A program made the translations under genes and the position numbers. From the NCBI GenBank assembly GCA_963728205.1, contig CAVSIV010000006.1, positions 32,001 through 96,000 on the forward strand: a DNA stretch of 64,000 nucleotides. Reading direction: 5' to 3'. The notes under the pieces were generated by a model. That model was not told the origin of the DNA and did no database searches. It saw only the letters and a program-made list of their open reading frames with translations. Shown piece by piece: positions 8,840 through 16,789 of the stretch. Position 1 is the stretch's first letter. Each line of letters starts with the position of its first letter. Source of the stretch: an uncultured Chloroflexia bacterium (GTDB taxonomy: Bacteria > Chloroflexota > Dehalococcoidia > UBA2979).

Positions 8840-9890
8840 CACGCCGACCGCGGTCCGCGCGGCGATCTGCATCGAGGAGACGCTCGGGCACCGCACGCAC
8901 GGTCAGAACCTCGAGCGCTCCTTTCAGCTCGCTCGGATGAACGTCGACTTCCACCGCATCGAGTACCCGCTGGTGCCGGACGAGGTGCCATGGGCGGCGC
9001 GTGCCAGCGTGTCGGCGCTCCGCCGGCTGCGCGCGGCTCCGCGCTACGGCGTCACGATGTTTCACACGCAAACCACCGCGCTGCTCGCGCCCGAGGCCAC
9101 GCGCGGCGAGCCGTTCGTCATCAGCATGGACGCGACGCCGACGCAGATGGACGCGATGGGCGAGTGGTACAACCACCCGCGGCAGCCGGGGATCGTGGAG
9201 CGGGCGAAGCGCGGCCTCTACCGCCGCGTCCTGCGCCAGGCCGCCGGCGTCGTGACCTGGTCGCGCTGGACCGCGGACTCGGCGGAGCGCGACTACGGCA
9301 TCGCCGCCGATCGCATCACGGTGCTGCACCCCGGCGCCCCCGACGCGTACTTCGCGCTGCCGCGCCGCGCGTGCCGGCGGTCGGGGCCCGTGCGCATCCT
9401 CTTCGTCGGCGGCGACTTCGCGCGCAAGGGCGGGCCGGCGCTGATCGAGGCGTTCCGGCCGCTCGCGGATCGCGCCGAGCTCACGGTCATCACGCAGGAG
9501 CCGCTCCCGCCCGAACCCGGCCTCCGCGTCGTCAACGGCGTGATCCCGGGGAGCGACGAGCTGCTCCGCGCCTACGCCGACGCCAATCTCTTCTGCCTGC
9601 CCACACTCGGCGACTGCACGGCGGTCGTGCTCGGCGAGGCGATGGCCGCCGGGCTCCCGGTGGTCACGACCGCGATCGCGTCGAACCCGGAGTGGGTCCC
9701 GCCCGAGGCGGGCATCCTCGTCGCGCCGGGCGACGGCGCCGCGCTGCACGAGGCGCTGCGCACGCTCGTCGACGACGGCGCGCTGCGCGAGCGCATGAGC
9801 GTCGCGGCGCGCACGCACGCCGCGGCGGGCATGCACGCCGAGCGCAACGCCGTGCGCCTCGCGCAGCTGCTGGCGCAGGTCGCATCGTGA
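8832..9890 (+). CDS. Glycosyltransferase family 4
   Basis: ILFVGGDFARKGG, ANLFCLPT, EAMAAGLPVVTT, GILV. Confidence 0.9.
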   Translation: MPSTPTAVRAAICIEETLGHRTHGQNLERSFQLARMNVDFHRIEYPLVPDEVPWAARASVSALRRLRAAPRYGVTMFHTQTTALLAPEATRGEPFVISMDATPTQMDAMGEWYNHPRQPGIVERAKRGLYRRVLRQAAGVVTWSRWTADSAERDYGIAADRITVLHPGAPDAYFALPRRACRRSGPVRILFVGGDFARKGGPALIEAFRPLADRAELTVITQEPLPPEPGLRVVNGVIPGSDELLRAYADANLFCLPTLGDCTAVVLGEAMAAGLPVVTTAIASNPEWVPPEAGILVAPGDGAALHEALRTLVDDGALRERMSVAARTHAAAGMHAERNAVRLAQLLAQVAS

Positions 9891-11098
9891 ACGCGGACTG
9901 GCTGGGCGGCCTGCCCGCGCGCCCGCCGATGACGTGGCTGTGCGTCAGCGCGACCGCGCAGGAGACCGCGCAGCTGCGCGCGGCGGGTCCCCGCCGCGAC
10001 TTCCTCGAGCTGCAGCGCGAAACCGAAGGCACGCTCCTGTTCCGCAACGGCACGCCGCGCGGCGGCGGCTGGCGCGGACGCCTGCTCGGGCCGCACGTGG
10101 GACAGGCCTGGCGCGCCGCGCGGCTCGTGCTCGACGGCGACGTCGCGTTCGCGGACGGCGAGCACGTCGGCCTGCCGCTGCTCGCGTTCCTGCGCCTGAA
10201 CAGGCGGCATCCGCGGCGCGTCGTCATGCTCGGGCACCTGCCGGGACGTCCGTGGAAGCGGCGTCTCTTCGCCATGCTGACGGCAGGCGGCGGCGGCGTC
10301 GGGGCGGGCGGCGAGGGCGTGCTCGTCGTGCACAGCGTCGCCCAGGCCGACCGCCTGCGCGGCCTGATGGGACCGCGCTGGCGGCTCGCGCTGCTGCCGT
10401 ACCAGGTCGACGCCGACTACTGGCGCAGCCGCTCCGCGCCGACGGAGGATCCGCCGCTGATCGTCGCCGCCGGCAGCGAGCACCGCGACTATGCCACGCT
10501 GCTGCAGGCGGTGGACGGACTCCCGGCGCGGGTGGTGATCGCCGCGGGGAGCCACTGGGCACGCCGGTCGGCCGCGCACGGCAGCCTCCCCGCGAACGTC
10601 GAGTGGATCGAGCGAACGCTTCCGTTCCGCGAATTGCGCGACCTCTACGAGCGGTCGTCAGTCGTGGTCGTGCCGCTGCAGGACGTGCCCAACCAGTCCG
10701 GGGTCACCACGATCCTCGAGGGCATGAGCATGGCGCGCGCGGTCGTGGTCTCGGCGACGGCGGGACAGCGCGAGATCGTGCGCGGCCCGATCGTCGGCAC
10801 GGGCGACGACCTCGACGGACCCGCCGACCCCGAGCGCGGGCCGCAGGTGCTGCTGCCCGGCGCACCGGACGAGGCGACCACGGGCTGCTACGTGCCGCCC
10901 GGGGACGTCCCCGCGCTGCGCGCCGCGCTCGAACGACTGCTCGCGGACCGCGCACGCTGCACGGCGCTCGGCGAAGCCGCGCGCGCCGCGGTCGAGCGCC
11001 ACTTCACGATCGAGGCCTTCACCGCGCGCCTCGCCGCGACGCTCCTCGGTCCGCCGACGGTGGCGACGGCGGGCGCCCCCGCCGAAGCGCAGCCGTGA
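9887..11098 (+). CDS. Glycosyltransferase family 4-like
   Basis: RDYATL, VVVVPL, SGVTTILEGMSMARAVV, TGCYVPPGDVPALRAAL. GTG start overlapping the previous stop. Confidence 0.85.
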   Translation: MNADWLGGLPARPPMTWLCVSATAQETAQLRAAGPRRDFLELQRETEGTLLFRNGTPRGGGWRGRLLGPHVGQAWRAARLVLDGDVAFADGEHVGLPLLAFLRLNRRHPRRVVMLGHLPGRPWKRRLFAMLTAGGGGVGAGGEGVLVVHSVAQADRLRGLMGPRWRLALLPYQVDADYWRSRSAPTEDPPLIVAAGSEHRDYATLLQAVDGLPARVVIAAGSHWARRSAAHGSLPANVEWIERTLPFRELRDLYERSSVVVVPLQDVPNQSGVTTILEGMSMARAVVVSATAGQREIVRGPIVGTGDDLDGPADPERGPQVLLPGAPDEATTGCYVPPGDVPALRAALERLLADRARCTALGEAARAAVERHFTIEAFTARLAATLLGPPTVATAGAPAEAQP

Positions 11099-12264
11099 GC
11101 GCGCTCGGCGTCCTCGTGATCACGCTGGCGCTCCCCGGCCTCGTCGCCGGCACGTGGTGGACGCTGCTCAACCTGGTGGCGCTGCGGCGCCCGCGGCGGG
11201 CGCTCGCCGCCCCGCGCGTGCCGCGCCCGCTGCGCCCGCCGCGGCTCGCCGTCCTCGTGCCCGCGCACGACGAGGAAGCCGCGCTGCCGGCCTGCCTCGC
11301 GAGCCTCGCGGCCGCCGCGTTCGTGCCGCGTCCCGAGGTCGTCGTGATCGCCGACAACTGCAGCGATCGCACCGCCGCGGTTGCCCGCGCCGCCGGCGTG
11401 TCGGTGCTCGTGCGCGACGACCCGCGCCGCGGCAAGGGCTACGCGCTCGAGTTCGCGGTCGAGGCGCTCGCCGCGCGACGGCGCCCGCCCGACGCGGTCC
11501 TGTTCATCGACGCGGACTCGACGGTCTCGCGCGACATCTACACCGCGATCGCGGCCCGCCTCGCCGGCGGCGCCCGCGCGGTCCAGGTCTACTACGAGGC
11601 GGAGCGGGGAACGACGAGCCTGAGCGGGCTGCGACGGCTCGCGTTCATGCTCCTGCACTGGTCGCGGCCGCTCGGCGCGCGGCGCCTCGGGCTCGGCACC
11701 GCGATCCGGGGCAACGGGATGGCGCTGGCGTTCGACGCTGCGCGCGGCGGGCTCGGCGCCCACGGGATCGCCGAAGACGCCGCGATGACGCTCGCGCTCG
11801 CGCGGCGCGGCGACGCTGTCGCGTTCGAGCCGTCCGCGTGGGTGCGCGGCATGATGGCCGCGCGCTATCGCGGCGCCCGCACGCAGGATCGCCGCTGGGA
11901 GGCGGGCCGGCTCGCGCTGGCACCGCGCGCGCTCGCGATCGCGGCCGGCCAGCTCGCGCGCGGGCGAGCCGCCAGTGCCGCAAGCGCGCTCGAGGTCGCC
12001 GTCCCGCCGCTGAGCCTGCTCGTCGCGAGCACGCTGGTCGCGCTCGCGCTCGCGGCCGCGACAGGCGCCGGCCGGGGTTGGGCGCTCGCCGGCGCGGCCG
12101 CGGTGGCGACGTATGTCGTCACGGGGCTGGCCGCCGCGCGGCCGCCGATGCGGGACCTGCTCGCGCTGCGCGACGCGCCGCGCTTCCTGTTCCACAAGCT
12201 CACGGTCTACGCGAGCCTCGCGGTGGGCCGAGCGCCGCGCACCTGGCAGCGGACGGAGCGCTGA
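11095..12264 (+). CDS. Membrane-associated glycosyltransferase family 2 (processive/cellulose-synthase-like)
   Basis: VPAHDEE, ADNCSD, GKGYAL, IDAD, GNGM, AED, QDRRW (QxxRW motif), C-terminal TM helices. Confidence 0.88.
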   Translation: MSALGVLVITLALPGLVAGTWWTLLNLVALRRPRRALAAPRVPRPLRPPRLAVLVPAHDEEAALPACLASLAAAAFVPRPEVVVIADNCSDRTAAVARAAGVSVLVRDDPRRGKGYALEFAVEALAARRRPPDAVLFIDADSTVSRDIYTAIAARLAGGARAVQVYYEAERGTTSLSGLRRLAFMLLHWSRPLGARRLGLGTAIRGNGMALAFDAARGGLGAHGIAEDAAMTLALARRGDAVAFEPSAWVRGMMAARYRGARTQDRRWEAGRLALAPRALAIAAGQLARGRAASAASALEVAVPPLSLLVASTLVALALAAATGAGRGWALAGAAAVATYVVTGLAAARPPMRDLLALRDAPRFLFHKLTVYASLAVGRAPRTWQRTER

Positions 12265-12754
12265 CGTGAGAGGCTGCCGCGGCACCGAGCGCAGGAGCAG
12301 GCGCGCCATGAGCGCGCCCGCGCCGGCGTGGCGGCGCGGCGGCCACCGCGGCGCGCCCGGCGGCTGCCGCCGCGAGCCGCGAGCGCGCTAGCCCGCCGCA
12401 CTGCGTCGTTTCGCCGGCGGGCCGGGCCGTCACCTCCGCCCGCGCAGATGCACCCCCTCGCCCTCGCCGACGACCCGGCCGCGTTGACACGCCAGCCACC
12501 GCACACGGCGGCTTCGGCGACATCGGCCGGCGGACACCACAGGTATCGATCCGACTCTGCTGCGCGGGGCAGCCCCGGCGGACCTGTGCAGATCTGCATG
12601 CGCGATGCCTGAACCCATCACGCAATGTCTGCCATCGGACATGCCATAAATCTTCGCGCATGTCTTCTCGGAGACATGTCACGCTTCGTGACTGAATCGC
12701 GGTCGAAATTCACCTGACACTTTTTTGTGCTTTCTTCTCGCGACCATTTTGTGC

Positions 12755-12784
12755 CTCATAGATTGCCGGCAGACCGAACACTAC
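12755..12784 (+). promoter_or_regulatory. Degenerate copy of the shared motif in the AT-rich region upstream of the GH5-like gene
   Basis: CTCATAGATTGCC...CTAC with 26-nt offset. Confidence 0.3.
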
Positions 12785-12953
12785 GCTCCGGCCCGCCGTT
12801 CTAGTTCCGACTTGGCGGGGTTGTGTGCTCGTGCTCTCGGACGGTGGGGCGGCAGGGCCTGCATCGCCGCCCAGAGACGTGGACGGGCCGGGGGGCGTTC
12901 CCCAGGCGATCTCGGCGCGTCACGCCTGAGCACCCACGGTGGAAAGGACTTAC

Positions 12954-15710
12954 ATGAACCGGGCTGCCAGAATCGCGCGCATCGCTGCGCCAATCTTCGC
13001 CGCACTCGTCATGGCGGCCTGCGCCCAGGCACACGCCGCACCCACCGCGCAGCCATACCTCGCGACCTTCGACGGAACCCCGTCGGCGCCACTCCCCTTC
13101 GATGCTCCCGGGTTCGACATCTTCAAGCACTCGCGCGACGTCAGCACGTGGAATACGCCGGAGACCATCCTCGGCGCCCACGGGCCGGACTGCGGGAAGC
13201 CCAACGTCGCGGACCTGAACGGCGGCGGCGGACCCGGCGTGCATCCGATCACCACGTATGACGGGCTCGTCTACCAGTGCAGCAACCACGTCATGACCGC
13301 GATGATGGCCGGCGGGTACGGCGCGATCTACCTCACGCCCGACCACCTGCTCGACTTCTCGGGCGGTAGCGCGACTTTCTCGATCGACGTGTCGACGTTG
13401 CGCACCTCGAACCGCGACTGGATCGACTTCTGGTTCAGCCCGTACAGCGGCAACATGGTGTTCCCCTTCGGCACGTTCCTCACCACGGACGGGCAGGGCG
13501 TGCCGCTCGACAACGTGAACGTAGCGATGCCGGTCGACGCACAGCGCTCGGGCCTCTTCACGGCGACGGAGACGGTCAACGGACAGTCGACCACGCTGCC
13601 GATGCACGACAACCGGTCGTGGACCTCGGTGCTGACCGAGTCCTGGATGCAGCGGCAGACGATCCAGGTCGAGCTGAGCCGCACGCACATCAAGGTCTCC
13701 ATGCCTGCGTTCGGCCTCGTCTGGGTCGACGCCGACTTCGCCACGCCGCTGCCGTTCGACCAGGCCGTCGTGCAGTTCGGGCATCACTCGTACAACCCGC
13801 AGAAGGCTGACTCGTGCGGGACCAACTGCGAGCCCGACACGTGGCACTGGGACAACGTGTCCCTCTCCCCGGCCGTGCCGTTCACGATGATCAAGGGCGA
13901 CCAGCGGCAGGTGGTCGAGGTCGGCCCGTCGCAGTCGAACGATTACTGCATCCCGTCGTGCCCGGGCAACGCCGTCGTGCACTTCGCGAGCCCGGCTCCG
14001 GCCGGCGCGATGTTGCGCTTCGCGGGCGTCGGGCAGATCGAGTTCAGTACGGACGGCTCGACGTGGACCACGCCGACGGTGGTGCCGGGCACTGCGCAGG
14101 GCGCGCATCCGGAGCACGACAGCTCATACTTCACGCCGATCCCCGCGGGGACGACCCAGGTCGAGTTCCGATTCGCGCAGGGCGCGATCGCCGACCAGCG
14201 CGTCGAGGACATCTCGATCTGGTCGCAGTCGACGCCGTCCGGGCGGACGATCGGTGCGACGGGCCCGGCCGTGCCGCCCGCGACGGCGCCGGCGACGGCG
14301 GTGCCGACGCCGCAGCCCACGGCCATGCCCGCCTCGACCCCGACATCGGTGCCGATCTCCGCCGCCGGCTCGCCGCCGGCGTCTCCGTCGGGAGGCGATT
14401 CCTCACCGGCGACGCCGACCACGTTCAGCAGCACCGCGCGCATGCAGATGGTGGTCTGGAGCGGGAGCACGACCGATCAGCTGGTGTCGGCCGCATCGGC
14501 CGCCGGCGTCACCGCGACGGAGTTCGTGAGCGGGCAGCCGGTCACGCTCGTGCCGGGCGCGCCGACCTTCGTCAACGCTGCCTTCGTGGCTGCGTTCCCG
14601 TCGAACCGCGTGCCGGCCGGCACGATCCTGATCCTGCAGCCGATGTCGGCGTCGATGTCCGGCTCGCCGGCGGCCACCCCGGTGGCGGGCGCGCCGCCGA
14701 CGCCGGCCCCGACCGCGAACCCAACCCCGAAGGCGACACCGACGGCCGCACCGTCGCCGACGCCCGCACCGACGCGATCGGCGGGACGGGGGGCGTCGAC
14801 GCTGCTGTCGTGGCAGGGCCGCCAGTGGGATGCCGCGGGGGTCAACGTCCCCTGGCTCCAGTACGGTTGCGACTTCGGCTGCGCCGCGAAGGGCGGCGTG
14901 AGCCGCGCGGATGACACGGCCGCCCTCGACAGCGCCTTCGCACAGGCGGCCGGCGCGGGTGTCCACGTCGTCCGCTGGTGGATGCTGCCGGGCGACCCGT
15001 GGCAGATCAGCCGGGCGTCCGACGGCACGCCGACGGGCATCAACCCCGCGATCTACACGGACATCGACGCGGCGCTCGCGCTCGCGCGGAAGCATGACCT
15101 CTACTACGACTTCGTCCTCTTCTCGGCGCCCGATGCCCTCCCGCAGAGCTGGTTCACCGATCCGAGCCAGCGGGCGGCGCTCGCGAGCGTGCTGGGTCAG
15201 CTGTTCGCCCACTACGCGAACGAGCCCCGGATCATGTCGTGGGAAATCTTCAACGAGCCCGAGTGGGACTACTGGAACAAGGGGTACGCGAAGCAGCCGA
15301 TCATCGACCTGACGCAGGCCATCGTGCAGTCGGTCCACGCGAACTCGCACGCCATGGCGACGGTCGGGTCCGCGATGGTCGACGGGCTGCCGGACTGGGT
15401 CGGCGTTGGTCTCGATTACTACCAGGTCCACTGGTACGACTACATGTCGTCGGGCACCTGGTGCGCGATGTGCTCGAGCACCCAGATGCTGCAGCAGCAG
15501 TACGGGATCGACAGGCCGGTCGTGGTGGGTGAGTTCTACGCCGGACCCGACGTCGATGCGTTGCAGCGGCTGCAGGACTTCGCCTCGAAGGGCTACGCCG
15601 GGGCGTGGGCGTGGTCGCTGTTCCCGGACCACACGTCGGACCACATGGCTGTGGATTTGAACGCGTACCGGCAGTTCACGAGCAGCCAGTCGAACATCGG
15701 ACCGCAGTAG
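12954..15710 (+). CDS. Secreted multidomain protein: unknown N-terminal beta-rich domain, Pro/Thr linkers, C-terminal clan GH-A (GH5-like, possibly mannanase) catalytic domain
   Basis: Signal peptide (LVMAAC or AHA site), P/T/S linkers, GVNVPW, VVRWW, WEIFNEPEW (acid/base), QVHWY, VVVGEF (nucleophile), GAWAWS. AAGGA RBS before ATG 12954. Confidence 0.8.
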   Translation: MNRAARIARIAAPIFAALVMAACAQAHAAPTAQPYLATFDGTPSAPLPFDAPGFDIFKHSRDVSTWNTPETILGAHGPDCGKPNVADLNGGGGPGVHPITTYDGLVYQCSNHVMTAMMAGGYGAIYLTPDHLLDFSGGSATFSIDVSTLRTSNRDWIDFWFSPYSGNMVFPFGTFLTTDGQGVPLDNVNVAMPVDAQRSGLFTATETVNGQSTTLPMHDNRSWTSVLTESWMQRQTIQVELSRTHIKVSMPAFGLVWVDADFATPLPFDQAVVQFGHHSYNPQKADSCGTNCEPDTWHWDNVSLSPAVPFTMIKGDQRQVVEVGPSQSNDYCIPSCPGNAVVHFASPAPAGAMLRFAGVGQIEFSTDGSTWTTPTVVPGTAQGAHPEHDSSYFTPIPAGTTQVEFRFAQGAIADQRVEDISIWSQSTPSGRTIGATGPAVPPATAPATAVPTPQPTAMPASTPTSVPISAAGSPPASPSGGDSSPATPTTFSSTARMQMVVWSGSTTDQLVSAASAAGVTATEFVSGQPVTLVPGAPTFVNAAFVAAFPSNRVPAGTILILQPMSASMSGSPAATPVAGAPPTPAPTANPTPKATPTAAPSPTPAPTRSAGRGASTLLSWQGRQWDAAGVNVPWLQYGCDFGCAAKGGVSRADDTAALDSAFAQAAGAGVHVVRWWMLPGDPWQISRASDGTPTGINPAIYTDIDAALALARKHDLYYDFVLFSAPDALPQSWFTDPSQRAALASVLGQLFAHYANEPRIMSWEIFNEPEWDYWNKGYAKQPIIDLTQAIVQSVHANSHAMATVGSAMVDGLPDWVGVGLDYYQVHWYDYMSSGTWCAMCSSTQMLQQQYGIDRPVVVGEFYAGPDVDALQRLQDFASKGYAGAWAWSLFPDHTSDHMAVDLNAYRQFTSSQSNIGPQ

Positions 15711-15786
15711 GGACGTCCGCGCCCGCCGCCCGTTCGTGGCCGCGAGCCGCGAATGGGCGGCGGGCACTCCCCCGGGTCCCGCCGCG

Positions 15787-15899
15787 GCCGCACCGCCGAC
15801 CGCGCGCCCATCGCCGCACCGCCGCCCGCGCGCCCATCGCCGCACCGCCGCCCGCGCGCCCATCGCCGCACCGCCGACCGCGCGCCCATCGCCGCACCG
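15787..15899. repeat. Tandem repeat, 4.3 x 26 bp
   Basis: Unit GCCGCACCGCCG(A/C)CCGCGCGCCCATC at 15787, 15813, 15839, 15865, plus a partial unit; no spacers. Confidence 0.9.
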
Positions 15900-15978
15900 G
15901 CCATCGCCCGCCGCAGCGTCCGCGCCGCCGCCCCCGTCGCGCACCGGTGCTGAATGCCATCGCCCGGCGACTCTATTG

Positions 15979-16009
15979 CTCAACCTTTGCTGTCACCCCC
16001 GGCCCTAGG
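15979..16009 (+). promoter_or_regulatory. Shared bipartite motif, copy upstream of the lasso operon
   Basis: CTCAACCTTTGCT-N12-CCTAGG, ending about 40 nt before the B1 start. Confidence 0.45.
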
Positions 16010-16047
16010 TTTCGGCCGTATCCACCCGCGCGAGCGAGGAGACAGCC

Positions 16048-16339
16048 GTGACGCAAGCCAACGAGATCGATGTGCTCGCGACCCGCCTGCCCGGCGAGCA
16101 CGTGGTCGCGAGCGCCGTCGGCGACGTGATGGTGCTGCTCGACCTGCGTTCCGGCACCTACCACACGCTGAACGACCTCGGAACCCTGATCTGGGGCGCA
16201 CTCGAGCGCGGCGCGAACGTCGGCGTCATCGTCGACGAGATTCTGCGCCGCCTACGACGTCCGTCGAGACGAGGCGCTCGTGGACGCGCAGCGGTTCCTG
16301 GCCGAGATCGACGCGGCCGGTCTGGTGCGCCGTCCGTGA
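16048..16339 (+). CDS. Lasso peptide B1 protein (PqqD-family RiPP recognition element), apparent +1 frameshift at ~16241
   Basis: VGDVMVLLDLRSGTYHTLNDLGTLIWGAL is typical PqqD/RRE. Removing one T at 16241 gives EICAAYDVRRDEALVDAQRFLAEIDAAGLVRRP*, the canonical RRE C-terminus, ending at TGA 16339 overlapping the B2 GTG. GAGGAG RBS. Confidence 0.88.
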
Positions 16340-16785
16340 CGCAACCCAGGTGGACCGCGGCGCAGGACACCCTGGTGGCCGTGGCATGGCTCGCGCAGAC
16401 GACCGTGCTCTTCCGCCTCCGCGGCAGGAAGGCCGTCGCGGCGGCGACGAAGCGGGCCATGAACGTCCGCCCCAGCTCGCAGGCCGAGATCGCCGCGCGC
16501 AAGGCGACGGCCTGGCGCGTCCACCGCGCGGTGCTCCGGGCGAAACGCGCCTGGCCGATGGAGGCGCGGTGCCTGCAGACCGCCCTGACGATGCAGGCCG
16601 TGCTCCGGCACCACGGACTGGACGCGCCCGTGCGCGTCGGCGTCCGCGCCGCGGACGGTGAGCTGCTCGCGCACGCGTGGGTGGAGCTCGACGAGCGCTT
16701 CCGGCTCGACGACAGCGCCGCGCGCCCCGACTTCCAGCTGCTCGTCGCTCGCCGCCCCGCCGCGAGCGCCTCCGAGAGGGCCTAG
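16336..16785 (+). CDS. Lasso peptide B2 leader peptidase (transglutaminase-like)
   Basis: ARCLQTAL (catalytic Cys), VRVGVR, LAHAWVE (His), following Asp; GTGA overlap with corrected B1. Confidence 0.92.
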   Translation: MTQPRWTAAQDTLVAVAWLAQTTVLFRLRGRKAVAAATKRAMNVRPSSQAEIAARKATAWRVHRAVLRAKRAWPMEARCLQTALTMQAVLRHHGLDAPVRVGVRAADGELLAHAWVELDERFRLDDSAARPDFQLLVARRPAASASERA

Positions 16786-16789
16786 TGCG

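Noticed and set aside
12784-12900. Known c-di-GMP or c-di-AMP riboswitch
   Set aside because: Could not find the conserved consensus segments by eye; kept only as an unassigned structured leader.
15787-15899. Possible CRISPR array
   Set aside because: Units are head-to-tail with no unique spacers, and no cas genes are in the window.
16048-16339. PQQ biosynthesis (pqqD)
   Set aside because: No pqqA/B/C/E or radical SAM gene; the context is lasso biosynthesis.
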